64,000 nucleotides of DNA from the human T2T-CHM13v2.0 reference genome, Homo sapiens. Shown piece after piece: positions 15,100 to 30,930 of the stretch. The notes under the pieces were generated by a model that was given only the letters and a program-made list of their open reading frames with translations, was not told where the DNA came from and ran no database searches. Position 1 is the stretch's first letter; the number at the start of each line of letters is the position of its first letter. The stretch lies in NCBI RefSeq assembly GCF_009914755.1, contig NC_060926.1; one strand, given 5' to 3'. Made by a program: the position numbers and the translations under genes.

Positions 15100-16640
15100 C
15101 TGCTCTCCAAAGGCAGCAGTTTGCAAGCATTTTGCTATTTCACTTTGTTTTTGCTTAATATTTACATGGTACTTCCAAATGCTGTGCTAATACTGCCTTT
15201 GCTGTTGTTTTCACTATAGATACTATCTTGTGACCTCTTAGTAGAAAAAAAGAGGATTTATTTCTCTATATATACTTCTTTTCCTTTCCCCAACCTCCCA
15301 ATATAAAACAATTTTCCTGAATGAATATTCAGTGTTTATAATAATATTATATATCGTATATGCATTATTCAAACATTGCTCAAGCTGAGTTCCCTAGTGC
15401 AACATGATTACTTCTTTCCTGCAAGTCTTTTTGTTTTTCCCAGAATGAATAATCACTTTCAGTTTTTTGCCTTGGTTTTTGTGTGCCTATCTTTATTTCA
15501 TCTCCAAACTTTCTGCAGAAATAAGTACCTCTCAATATGGTATCTAGATAGATTCATTTTGTCTCTTAGAGACACCACTCTTGGAACCCCTGACTCCCTA
15601 ATTCTAATCTGGACTGATTGCTTTCCAGGCCGACTGTCCTGCTGTCATCCTTCAGCTTCCCTTCACTATCTTCCTTGTAATTCGTTTTGCCTCTAGGTTG
15701 AAAGCCTTTGTTTCCCCGATCCTGGGTCTTCTTTTTTCTTGGTTTACTCGCTAGTTTTAATGAAGCACATCTCCCAAAAGCTTCCTATGAAAAGGTCCAT
15801 AAGAGATGATTTTTTTAATTTGCATGACAAAAAGTATTGTTATCCTGCCCTGACTCTTGATTAATGGCTTAGCTAGAACTTATTTCTAGATTGAAATTTT
15901 TTCCTTAGAATTTTGAATGTGTTTAGCCACTGTCTTCCAACATAAGTCCAAAGCTATTCTCATTCCTGATTCTCTGTAGTCTGTTTTGCTCTCCGTGGAA
16001 GCACTCAGGATCTTCTCATCATCTCTGCCAGTCTGAAATGTCATGATGGCATGACTTAGTGTGTGTAGGCCGTTTTTTATTCTTTCCTCAAATACCTGGT
16101 GTCCCTTAGCTTTCGATTTCTACTTACAGGGAGGCTCTAAAATGCTGACCAGAAGCTCACCCTGCTCTTCATCATGCTGGTGGCCCTGAGTCAGGGGCCT
16201 GTCTGGCTCCAGCTCTCCCCAGATGGTTAGCTCCTGTCTTCCGCTGGGGCAGGGCAGGGGTGCCAAGTTGATTGTGGATTGCAGAGGGAGAGAGAAGGAA
16301 TCACATAAGACTTTCAATCTGCCTTTCTGTTTTCACCTGATCCTGCATCCTGGCATTTGGAGGTTCCTGAGCCTTTCTGCGTTCTCGATTCCATCATCCA
16401 ACCCCTGCAGGCAAAATTCTTTCAACTTTCTATTCAGCTAAGTCTGCGTCATGGGTCTATCTGCTTTGCACTTGTAAAATTTTTGTTGACCTCTCTCATC
16501 TGCTGTCATTGCTTGTGTTCTCTTTGTCCTTATGGGTTTCTTTCTTCTTCTTTTTGTTTTTTTTAATTCCTTTACTCTCCTTTTAGTAAACAGAGGTCAA
16601 AGAAAATGCTCTATTCTCCACGTAACTGGAAGCCCCCTGA
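15100..16640 (-). mobile_element. HAL1/L1ME remnant
   Basis: The reverse complement gives ggaagcttttgggagatgtgcttcattaaaactagcgagtaaaccaagaaaaaagaagacc, the same family motif as at 770-820. Confidence 0.6.
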
Positions 16641-17784
16641 ACTTTGCTTTCTTAACTTAATAATATACCTTGGAGATGGCTCTATATCAAACAGAAAGCT
16701 CTTCCCCTCCTCTCTAAGGGCAGTCTTCCACAGAGGGATGAATCAGCACTTACTTCACCTGTGTCCTCTTCATGCAAGTGGAATGGCTGGGTCAAGGTGT
16801 ACTTCTCATTTTGAACTGGGACATTTCAGCATCTCCTGCCTTCGCTGGTCCTCTTCCACTCTTCAAAGCTCTTGACAGCTATTCCACATTCTCAGCTGCT
16901 TCCCAGGCTGTGGTCTCCTGGGTCTGGAGACTCCCCTTGGTTTAAAGCAGCAGAGGGCTCTCACTGGTATCACCTTCCCATTTGAGAGTTTCTGCACTGC
17001 TGTCCCTGGCCCCACTAGTGCTTCTCACTCTGTCTTATCTGAAGGTGTCCAAGTAATAGGAGTTGGATACTTTGCCCTCTACTCTGCCTTCCTTATGCAG
17101 TGGCGTCCCCAACCCCACCACCCCCAGCGCTGACGCACGCCGGCCTTTGAGAGTGGGAGCCTCCTGAGCAGGAGCTACCCAGGGGCAGGCACAGGCCCTT
17201 CATGCTCAGGAATGGGTCTCTCAAGAGAAGGGGCAGGACAGAAAGAGCTTTAAGAACTGCTTGTTAGAGAAGTTTGCACTGAACCATGAACCGTGAACTG
17301 TGAACTGGAGCCTTCCCTGGCAGCACTCACAGGGACCCACCTCCCCAACACAACGCGGAGCCAAACTGTGCTCTTCTCCGGGGAAAGGCACCTTCCACAG
17401 GGATGGAAACAGACTGGAAACAGGATCTGGGAGGAGGTCGTCTCAGGTCCTGGGTGGGAGGTTCAGAAGGGAGGCGTCCATAAGCATGGCTCGCTTCCAA
17501 GGAACTCTTTCTCCGAAGGCCAAGGCAGAACAAATGAAAATGGAGGATCGATGTTCGAGAGAGAGCCTGAACCCTTCCCATACTCCTCTCACTCCTCTCG
17601 TCCACCACCCCATGCTCTCTCCTGGCATATAGGAGGAACCCCAGGGGTGGATCCATGAATGCCATTTGAAGCCCCTGGGTTAGAAAGAGGGGCAGGCATG
17701 GCCATGCCCCCTTGCTGAGAGTACAAACTGGTGCAACTCCTTTGAAGGACAACATTGTCTCACCCATCGAAGTTCTAAAATGTA

Positions 17785-18166
<382 letters not shown>

Positions 18167-18307
18167 TTATGTATGGAAAATTCTTCCAGAAGGCTAGATG
18201 GTAAGACAAACCAACAGTGAGCAGAGGCGGCCTTGAGGGAAAAGGACTGGGAGGAGAGAATGGAGACATTTTCTTTTCACTTAGAACTTTTACACTATTT
18301 GAATTTT

Positions 18308-18553
18308 CTTTTTTTTTTTTTAAATTATATTTTAAGTTCTGGGATACATGTGCAGAACATGCAGGTTTGTTACATAGGTATACACATGTCATGGTGGTTT
18401 GCTGCACCCATCAACCTGTCATCTACATTAGATATTTCTCTTCATGCTATCCCTCCCCTAGACCCCCACCCCCCAACAGGCCCCAGTGTGTGATGTTCCC
18501 CTCCCTGTGTCCATGTGTTCTCATTGTTCAACTCCCACTTATGACTGAGAACC
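18308..18553 (-). mobile_element. L1PA 3' end (5'-truncated)
   Basis: ttttaagttctgggatacatgtgcagaacatgcaggtttgttacatagg...; TSD tatttgaattt on both sides. Confidence 0.92.
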
Positions 18554-19646
18554 ATTATTTGAATTTTGAATTTTCTAGCCAGGTAGCATTTTTTTTTAGA
18601 TTTCATTTTATTTTTATTCATGTGATACTTTTCAGAAAATTTCAATAGAGGTTATATGGGTAGTAGGATATGGGTCATTTGGAGTTATGTCATATTCTTC
18701 TATATTTAAAAAAGTGAGTGAATATTATTTTCAAAAGGGAAACAATGTCACTGGGTGACAGCCCCTGGTTAGCTCCCCGTGCCCTGGCCATCCCCCATCC
18801 TCATTTGTGCCTGGAGAGTCTTGCACTTGTGACAAAGTTGTTACCTGCCACCACCAGACCCTGAGTGGGAAATGTGGCTTCCGTGTGGTGACTGGGGAGG
18901 GTTAGTCCAAGCAAAGATGATGAGAGGGAACCTTCCCCCACCTTCCCCTGAAAGTGTCTTGGTGAGCTCCTTTATTCATCTAACAGGTTTTGTTGGGCAC
19001 CTGGCTTGGCCCAAACACACAAACACACACACACCTCTCACACTATTCACTCTCCCCCACAGCCCCACGAGAAGGGTATTTGGCCACCTCCACGTTGAAT
19101 GAAGTTTCTTCCCCACTGGACAGCGGTCCGCATGACAACAGGGAGCGGGGCTGCTCACCACCCCACCCTCAGGGCCTCCACGAGGCCAGCACATCACAGG
19201 CACCGGAGAAAGGGCAGGGAGGGAGGGAGGGAGGGAGGGAGGTGGAGAGGGAAGTCTGGGCTTCAGTCATGCATCCAAGTTTACCCAGCCAGTGGACAGC
19301 CAAAATGGGCTTCAGACATAAGTTCCCCAAGTCCTTTCCTTGTTCTCCTCATTATTCCAAAGAGGTTCTGTCCAGCTCCATGATCCTCTGAAGAAACCTC
19401 ACTTTGGATCCCAGTAAAAGGTTAGCAGCCTAAAGCCTGGTGTCTCATTCAGCTCCAGTGGGGCTCTGCGGATCGTGGCCCCTGGGCCCTCCCATCCCTG
19501 CCTGCCGTGTCCCAGCCCCATCTCCAGGGCTGTGTGGCTCTGAGCAGGGACCACACTCAGGGACCAGCGTGAGGCTGTATTAGGGCAAGAATCCAGCTCA
19601 GAGGGAGGAGCTGGGAGAAGGAAAGAGGGGCGGGGCTTCTACTCAC

Positions 19647-19681
19647 CACAGAATTTCATTTCTGGTCAGGAAGGTCAGGGC
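19647..19681 (-). CDS. CIB4: CIB4 coding exon 2 (ALTFLTRNEIL + TG of Cys)
   Basis: Acceptor gatttgttgcag|GCC and donor TG|gtgagt; 35 nt, in frame with exon 1. CIB-family YQ.LTFLT..EIL motif. Confidence 0.95.
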
Positions 19682-20061
19682 CTGCAACAAATCACAGAGA
19701 AGCGACGTGTCCACTCCATTCATCCCTGCTGTGGCCCCTGGGGAGTGGCGCAATTCAGAGGCTGGGGAGGAAATGCCCATTCTTTTGCTGCACAGCTGGG
19801 GGAACCCCAGGTTGAGGTGGATGCCTGAGGTGGCAGCAGGAGAGGAAATGGTGCTCTTTCTTACCCCCTAGTCTCTTACAGCCCTGGGAAGGAGGGCATT
19901 GGCACAGATGTGGAGAGCAGATCAGAGACAAGAGTGAAACTCTGGGCTCTGGTGCAGGAGACAGATGGAGGAAGGTAACCTTAGAGATCTCATCTGGGCC
20001 ACATGGATGCAGATTTAGCAAAGAGAGGGACCACCGCTACCCCGCCTGGTAAACTCTAGAG

Positions 20062-20284
20062 CAAGCTTGTCCAACCCACGGCCTGCAGGCCACATGCAGC
20101 CCAGGACAGCTTTGAATGGGGTCCCAACACATATTTGTAAACTTTCTTAAAACATTATCAGATTTTTTCGTGATTTTTTTTTATTAGCTCATCAGCAAGC
20201 ATTAGTGTTAGTGTATTTTATGTGTGGCCCAAGACAATTCTTCTTCCAATGTGGCCCAGGGAAGCCAAAAATTGGACACCCCTG
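20062..20284. mobile_element. MER30 (hAT-Charlie MITE) in CIB4 intron 1
   Basis: Termini caagcttgtccaa...ttggacacccctg, flanked by ctagag on both sides. Confidence 0.85.
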
Positions 20285-20374
20285 CTAGAGCGTCAGGAAG
20301 GAATTTTCCCATTCATTCCACCTGCTTTAGGAAGCTCCCACCTCTGCCCAGAGTCCCTAGCCCGATCTACCCAC

Positions 20375-20428
20375 CTGGTACTCTTCCAGGTCCTCCCAGT
20401 GCATCTGATACCTCAAGCATTGCCCCAT
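20375..20428 (-). CDS. CIB4: CIB4 coding exon 1 ([18 protein letters not shown])
   Basis: The minus strand reads ggttggcATGGGGCAATGC...GAGTACCAG|gtgggt. Kozak context is good (-3 G, +4 G); 54 nt with a phase-0 donor. The peptide matches the recalled N-terminus of human CIB4. Confidence 0.95.
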
Positions 20429-20506
20429 GCCAACCACACCTTTCTGTCTGCCAGCAGTAGAACCTCAGCCTCAAGGACTCGCCAGCTGAGGCACCTCGTT
20501 GATCCA

Positions 20507-20520
20507 GTTGCCATGGTGAC
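20507..20520. promoter_or_regulatory. RFX X-box in the CIB4 proximal promoter
   Basis: GTTGCCATGGTGAC is a 12/14 match to the palindromic X-box GTTGCCATGGCAAC, 79-92 bp upstream of the ATG. Confidence 0.7.
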
Positions 20521-20537
20521 CTACATTCCACCTTCTG

Positions 20538-20640
20538 CCCATTCCACCTGAGTTACTGAGTTGGCAAAGAAACAAATTCTTTTCATTCCCATTCCACCTG
20601 AGTTGCTGAGTTAGCAAAGAAGCAAATTATTTTCAATCCC
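20538..20640. repeat. 50-bp tandem duplication in the CIB4 promoter
   Basis: 20538-20587 vs 20588-20637, period exactly 50, 5 mismatches. Confidence 0.9.
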
Positions 20641-20921
20641 AAAGCTAAGAGGCATCAGTCCCATACAACAAGCAGAAAGGCAGTCCAAAGATGGGGCTGA
20701 GAGTCACACTGTCAGCTCAGGAGTCACAGTGCCTGGGCTCCAATCCCAGATCCACCCCATTGTAACCTGGGACAAGCTCTTCAATATCTGTGTGTCTTAG
20801 TTTCCTCATCTGTAAGTGGGGATGATAATCATGGGATTGTTGTGAGGATTGACGAATACAGGGAATAATGTCAGGCACATAGTAAGTGCTCAATAAATGC
20901 TAGCTATTTGAACCACAACCT

Positions 20922-21398
<477 letters not shown>

Positions 21399-22628
21399 GA
21401 ACCACAACCCCAGGACTATGCCAGGCATGGGGATGCCGAAATATATCAGCATAGATCCAACCTCAGGGAGTGGCCCAAAAAGTACAGAAAAGGGCGTTCC
21501 ACCCCATCAGTCAGGGTCTCTGCAGGAACAAAGGGCACCATCAAATCAGGATCATGTGAAAAGGGTCTAAAAAAAGGACTCTCCACAAAGATGTGTTCAG
21601 GGTGTAGGGAAGTCACATGGATAACTGGATAACACAGACTCCTGAGCCCAACAACAAAGAGCTGCTACCCGACCCAGCACCACCCACCTGGAAGCACCAC
21701 CCCAGCCCCACTCTCTCCTCTTTCTGTGATCTCCTACAGGGAAGAGAACAGGGCGGAGCAGGATGGGCAGACAGAGACAACGTCCAGCACAGGCATCAAC
21801 ATCACAGGCCAGGAGGGCCTTCCAGAAGCCATCACTCCCTCCCCTGCCTCCAGGAGGGTCTGCACACCCACCTTTGTCATGAAAGGCTGGTATCCTTGTT
21901 CTAGAACACATCTTCCCTATGCTCTCCTGAGTAAACATCCCAGTGATTCTCTGATGACGCTTATTTATATCTCTGAAGTGCAACTGCCTGCTTTTTCTTT
22001 GACTGTCCTCCATGGGGATAGAGCCTGGCAGAAGGAAACCCGGGGCCCTCATTCCTTCATCTGCTCACCAGACACAGGTAGAATATCCACAGTGTGCCAG
22101 GGACTTGGCTTGACCCTGGGAGAGAGAGGACTGAACATGACTTCAACCCTCAAGGAACGTATGCTCTTCATGCTCTTTTAAGGGAGTAAGAAAAAAAAAA
22201 AAAAAAAAGAAATGTGTGCTCACCACACACACACACATACACACACACACATATATACACACACTAAAGCAGATGGAGGCAGATGTCACAGACGGGGAAG
22301 AGTACAGAGTTACGAGTGTTTAGAAGAGGAAAGGCTTGCTGGGCACCAAGCTTTCATGTAGGTGGTGGCATTTAAGTTGCTGTTATCATGCGGTGGTTAA
22401 GAACATGGGCTCTGAAATCTGAAAGGCCTGGCAGCATCTCTTCTTACTGCATCACCTCAAGCAAGTCATAAAATACTGTAAGCCTCAGTTTCCTCATCTG
22501 TAAAAGGGGAATGATAAATCCCTACTTCATAAGTATTGCAGGCATAAAATAAAATGATGGGTGTATGTGAAGCTCTTATTTAGCAAGATACCTGCTATGT
22601 ATTGAGTTCTCAATAAAGGGTAAATTAC

Positions 22629-22849
<221 letters not shown>

Positions 22850-22878
22850 TTACATTACTACTTTTAAAAGTTGGGCCT

Positions 22879-23260
<382 letters not shown>

Positions 23261-23959
23261 CTACCATCGTTGATTAAGCAGCTTCTATCTGCCAGGTGTG
23301 TGCATGTAAACTGTCTACATTCAGGCTCAAGCAGCTCATTGAGGGCAGTAGAGTGTCCTTGCTTCTTTGCTCTAGGGAAGGCGGAGGCTGGTGAGGTGAA
23401 GTGACGCTCTTGGGTCAGTCAGCTGATAAGTGGACAAGATGTGGGTCTGTGGATTCCCAAAGCATGGGGCAGGAAACTTGGGGAAGCCAGATGATCTGCA
23501 GGATCACACCCAGAAAGCCACTTCCTTCTCCAGCCTCAGTGCTCCTCATCACATCGAGGTGCAAGTGGCAGCTTGGCACTGGCTGGTTGTGACTTTGACA
23601 CCTGGCTGACACTTGCCAAAAAGAAAACAAAAACAAAAGAGAGAGCTGCCCTGGAGCCCAGAGCTTTAAGCTACTGACTCAACCACTATTCATTGAGCGA
23701 GGTAGTGCAGACAGAGGTGAATGAGACAGATGATGTCCTGCCCTCACAGATCCAGACGCGCATATGTGCACCCACATCCCTTAGACAGCCATACGTGCTG
23801 CGGAAGAAGGAAAGCAGGGAGCGGGGGAGAGAGGGTGTGACGATGGAGGTGCTGGTGGTCATGGAAGCACCGGAGCAGAGACCTGAGTGACGGGGACGAG
23901 TGAACCAGGCTAAGAAATCAGGGCCAGTTGCACAGACCCAGATGACCACGGGATCCAGC

Positions 23960-24250
23960 GAGAATTTAATAACACTGGTTTTCATTATATTTGTTTATAT
24001 AAAGGTATCTTCCATATTGAAAATGATGCAGGTTTGCCATTTATTACTGTGATCTAAAGTTTCCTCTATAAACATATCTGTTTAATTAAAAGAAATAGGA
24101 ACCTATTCAAAAATATTAAGTAAATAATTATACAGGTGGTAAAGAAATATGCCAGAAATCATGAATCTCTCTCTCTGTGTCTCTTTCTCTCTCTCTCAGT
24201 CTCTCTCTCTCTCTCACTCACACACAGACCCCAAGGTTTGCAAACTCTGC
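23960..24250. mobile_element. hAT-Charlie-like DNA transposon remnant with a (CT)n expansion
   Basis: aaatattaagtaaataattatacaggtggta...aaatcatgaa...gtttgcaaactctg. Confidence 0.5.
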
Positions 24251-24819
24251 TACCCTTCTCTCTCCTTGATCTTTCATCCCCCTAACTCCCCAACCCCTGC
24301 CTTCCCTGCACCCCCGCAGGCTCTGTCATTTCATCACAGAGAGGGTTTTCATTGGTTCCTACAATAACAATACTAACAATAAGAATATCACTTTACATTT
24401 GCATATTCCTTTATAATTTCAAAATGCTTTTTTATGTACCATCTCATTTGTCCCAGAAATAAAAGCTAGTGTTCTTTAAAAAAGAGAGAGAAATCCTCCC
24501 TCCATATGATTCTGCCTTTGATACACTAACCAACCTGCCTCTCTATCCATCTCCAGCCCATTACATCCCTTAAACTCCTCTTCAGCAGAGATTTTGAAAG
24601 GGGTATAATTGAGGAGGGAGGAGGTTCTGGGGAAGGGCAGTTCTACATCCTTCTCCTCCAGGATCCACCTCTGCAGGAACCCTCTGTGTGGAACAGAATG
24701 TATTCTTTGCAAGGTTTCTGTCACCTTGCAACTTACAGTTTTACAGACCGGTAAAACTACAACCCCGGCTCCGACCCTGATTTAGGTGTCTCTTAGAATT
24801 CGAGAAGAGTTGAAAAGAA

Positions 24820-26045
<1,226 letters not shown>

Positions 26046-27649
26046 ACATGTCAAGGGGTTAAGTCCTAACTCAGTGCCTCACCATAAGTATAATTAAAGG
26101 AATGTGTACATGGGAGGATATATTTGAAACTATTTCAAATCTATTTCCTCAGCCTGAGTCTTGCAGCCCAGGGGGCTCCTCCACTGCAGTAGTCCCATGC
26201 TGGGGACAAAGGTGGATCCTGTTGAGGCAAGTCGCTCCCCGGCTCCCAACATCAGTTAGACTTTTGTTTGAGTTTCCAGCAAACGAGCAGGCTGAAAAGC
26301 TATGCTCTGTCTGGAGGGAAGATTTTCTAAATTCCTTTTGTGTGGCAAGAAGCAGGCCTCGGGGAGCAGATCCTGATTTCTATGGGGGCCTCCTGAGTAG
26401 ACAGGAAGAAAAAGGATGGCAGGGCTGCCCTGCTGGTCTTGGGGAGAGAGGAGCTGAAGAAGGCAGTGAGGAAGTGAGACTGCCCTGCACTAGCTATCCA
26501 GGGATGGGGTGGATGGGGCGGGGCTGCTTAGGAACATCCCTGAGCTCCCTGGGCAGGGGTCTTGGGAGCCTGCACATCTCTAGAAGCCTGCCTCATGCTC
26601 TTATCCACTTCCAGCTGGATGCAGGGTGCAGGGTGCAGGGTGCAGGGCAGGAGTGCCCGAGGCAGAGCGCCTGGCTTCCCTGGCCTGATGGCACCAAGCA
26701 GGGACCCAGAAGCTCCCACATGCCCCAGGGAGGGGGTGCAGAGGGCCTGAGAGTGCAGTGGCCTGTCAAAGTCCTGGCCAGGATGGAGAGCCCACCAGGT
26801 ACATTTCCTAGGGTCAAACGGGATGCCACGGACTCCCACAGCAGTGTGGAGAAGGTGGCAACAATATCTTGAAATTTAAATCTTCGTGTTCTTTCCCCCA
26901 TCTTCTCATGAGAGACATTTTTTTTTCTTCAGTCTCCCATTCACATTGCCTGGGGGAAAAGCAGAATTGTTAGAGTGTGAGGGAAAAAGCTAGAAGCAGC
27001 CTATGCTCCTTTTTTACTAACAAATCAGATATTTAAGAATCGGGGGGAAGGTGAGGGAAGCAGAGTCTAAAGTTAATAAAAGGACAGATGAGGAAGACAG
27101 GGAGGAAGCACCATGTCACCAGGGAGCCTGAGTGAGGGTCTCCAGACGGTACCAAGAGCATCACCATTGCCAACCCTGGGAGAACTACTCACTGCCCAGG
27201 GGAGGAGGGGGAGGAGCCACATGGACCAGCACTGCCTCATTGTGGGGCAGGGCACCCATCACAGCATCCAGTCCTCAGGGACTGCCCAGCAGAGTGACAG
27301 TTGCTTGTATCCCAAGGCTTTGCTGAGCCCCATCTGAATTGCCCCGGTAGAGAGGCATCCTCCATTTCCAATGACACAAGACACCAAAAAGCTCCCCAGA
27401 AAAGCGGGTGAGGGGCCTTGACATTCAGAGAGCAGAGGGTTGATGGGGGTGTGGGAGGAAATCCCAGCACTGGTTCTCGGGCAGGGTTGGACAGCAGTCA
27501 TCCTGCCCTTTTGCAATTTGCATTAGATGCCCTGATGCTCCAGGCGACACCTGATTTCAGGTGCTGCTACATGGACAGGTTCCTGTGAACCTAGTTCTTC
27601 CCTCACTGATCCGGTGTTGCCTCAAGGCCTTGTAAGGCCTCATTTTCTG

Positions 27650-28310
<661 letters not shown>

Positions 28311-28924
28311 AGGCTAAGTCACCCCGGTACTGTTAAGAGCCTCTGGTGACGCTGCCCTGCTACTTATGCTGAAAGTGGGGAGCAGCTATTTGAGAAGGGG
28401 ACTCCAAAAACTTGCTTTCTGATTTGGGTAGGTCTGAATTTCTAAATCTAAAATGTCACAGACAAACCTTAGAGGTCATCTTGTTGGACCCCTTCGTTTA
28501 ACAGATGAGAAGACTCAGGCTGGAGAGCCTTACCAACCAGCATGTGGAGCTGACGGCAGAGCTGGCTCAGGAGCCGGCTCCCTGGCTCCTTATTCCCCAG
28601 GGGCCTCTCAGAGCTGCTTGTTGGAGGTCACAGAGCCGGTTTAATTCGATCCCATCTGTGGAAATGCCTTGTAAACTGTGAAGCATCATAAAAATGCTAT
28701 TTGTCATGATGTGTGCCAGACCTGGGACTGGAACCCAGATCTGCCGGCTCCCTGGACAGCAGAAGATGGCATTAGATACAATCGCTTATTTTCATAGTCT
28801 CACCCTCAGACACTGGCTAACTAAAAGCCCTCTCCCAGCTGCCCTGACTGCCAAGTGCTCCCTACACGGCCTTCTGCTGGGGGCCCGGGGCTTGGGGTAT
28901 GGCCATCTGCTGTCCTTGTCCATC

Positions 28925-30015
28925 TTTTATTCATTTATTCAAAAAATTATTTACAAGTCTTTTAAGGTACCCCGGGTAATTTGCTAGTGCTGGGGATAAA
29001 GTGGTGACCAAGACAGACACGGTTCCTGGCCTCAGGGAGGTTAGAGTCTAGTAGGGGAGAAAGCGAGGCAGTGATCTCTCAATTAACGAAGAAGACTGTG
29101 CTGGGCGCTATAAGCAGAGTGGAGGATGCAGTGATGGTGAGTGATCAGGGGCACCTAACCAATTATGGACGTCCAAGAAGCTCCCCTAAGGAGGGGCCAT
29201 TTAGCTGGGACCTGCAGAATGAGCAGCAGAGAGGCAGACATGGGGGGAGGGTGTTTCCTGGCAGGAGAAGGGCACGTGTGAAGGCCTGGGCAAAGGAGCT
29301 CCTGGTGCTGGCAGGACAGAGAAGGCCCAGTGGATGCAGTGTGTTCAAGGTCAAGAGTCAGGAGAGACTGGGAGGGGGCTTGGGGCAGCCCAGGCAGACC
29401 AGTGGCTCCTTGAAAGTATATCTTCAAAGCTTTCTGTTAAAAGCAGTGGGAAGTCGTTGGAGGATGTTCTGCGGAGAAATGACATCATCCGATTTTTGTG
29501 TTCAAGGGATCATTCTGCCCACAGGGTGGCTGGCCAGCATGTTGGAAGGAGGCCAGCATGGCTCTAGGGGACTGTGAGGGGACTACTGAGTAACCTACAT
29601 GAGGGCACAGTCTTGGGGACAAGGTTGTGGCTTCAAGAAGGGGAGGATGACTTCATGTGACGTTTAAGGTGGAATCGGCAACACGGGGAGATTGGATGTG
29701 GGAGGGGAGGGAGCAGGAATTGTCACGGTGACCCTGGGGTTTCTGACGTAAGCAGCAGGATGAAGGGAGGAGATGCAGATCTGGGTAGAAGAACAAGATT
29801 TTGGACGTGTTGAGTTTGAGATATCTGTGTGGCAGCTGCATGGAGACGACAAGGAAGCACTTAGATACGTGGGGCTAGGGGCTCAGAACAGAGCTCTGGG
29901 CTGCAGACAGGCATTCGGGAATGTTTAAAGCCATGATTGAGATCAGCCAGAGAGCTCAGCAGTGGCAGAGACATGGTTCCTGCCCTCACGGAGCTTACAT
30001 TCTAACGGATGGATA
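28925..30015 (-). mobile_element. L2 LINE
   Basis: ttcatttattc...tgctggggata...cctggcctcagggaggttagagtctag and ggacgtgttgagtttgagatatctgtg. Confidence 0.8.
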
Positions 30016-30930
30016 GAAGACTTCACTTTCTGCAATGTCAGAGTAGCTCCTTAGAGGCCAGTCCTCCCACCAGGAATGAGCTGGATAAAGTCCAAAAGCT
30101 GTCTGTTGAGGGCAGCCAGGCTGGAGAGGGCAGGGTCCCCGGGGGAAGGGAAGCCTGTGGGTAGCCTCAGAGCCACTCTTCCCCTTGAGGCATCTGCTGA
30201 TTCATGAGCAGCATGGGGGCCAAGAGGCTAAAGCCAAGCAGAAAGTGTGGATAAGAAGCTGAGAACTTGAGTAGGAGACTTTGGCAATTTCGAAGGGCTG
30301 GGAGATAAATTTGGAGTTCAAACTACAAGACAAGCAGACCTGGGGGCCAAGATGTCTGGGGAAGAGAAGCACGTGGAGGTTAGCTTCTAAGGCCCCTTTC
30401 TCTGGAAGGCATTCACGGATCCGTAAGCAGCACCCAGCCAAGGAGTGAAGCATGGCTAAGAGACCGGGAAGCTGAGCAGAGTTTTTGGCAGTCTCGTGGG
30501 GCTTGGAAGACAGACTTGGAGTTGAAGGCCCACCAAAGAGGAAGAGCCCTAAAGAACAAGCCAGATTTCCAGCGAGAACCTCAGATGGGTTACACACCAG
30601 GAGGCAGGGTGAGCTGGAAATAGAGCGGCCTTCAAAAAGCCTGACAGCTTCAAACCAGCTCAACCGCAGCCTGGATTACGAATGACCTTCCCTTCTCTAA
30701 CTGCCTTCCGGAAAATGAAGTAAATCCTCCATGATGAAGGACAGCATCAGTCGGAGCCAAAAAGTATCTCCGTCACAGAAACAGCCCTGCAGGTGACCCA
30801 GATACTGGAGCTCCCTGACACAGACTTCAAAATAAGTGTGATTAACATAGTTAAGAAAACAGATGACAAGACGGAGAATTTCACCGGAGAACTGGAATCT
30901 ATGCAAAAGTATCAAATGGAAATTATGGTG
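30016..30930 (+). mobile_element. Ancient L1M/L1ME 5'UTR-ORF1 start
   Basis: cagatactggagctccctgacacagacttcaaaataagt...gagaatttcaccggagaactggaatctat. Confidence 0.65.

Noticed and set aside
26102-26872. Longest ORF (256 aa, +)
   Set aside because: No recognisable domain, it includes a (TGCAGGG)n repeat, and I saw no supporting exon structure; consistent with a chance ORF in GC-rich DNA.
30255-30525. Internal ~60-bp imperfect repeat
   Set aside because: Lies within an old L1 5'UTR, where such repeats are likely part of the element.
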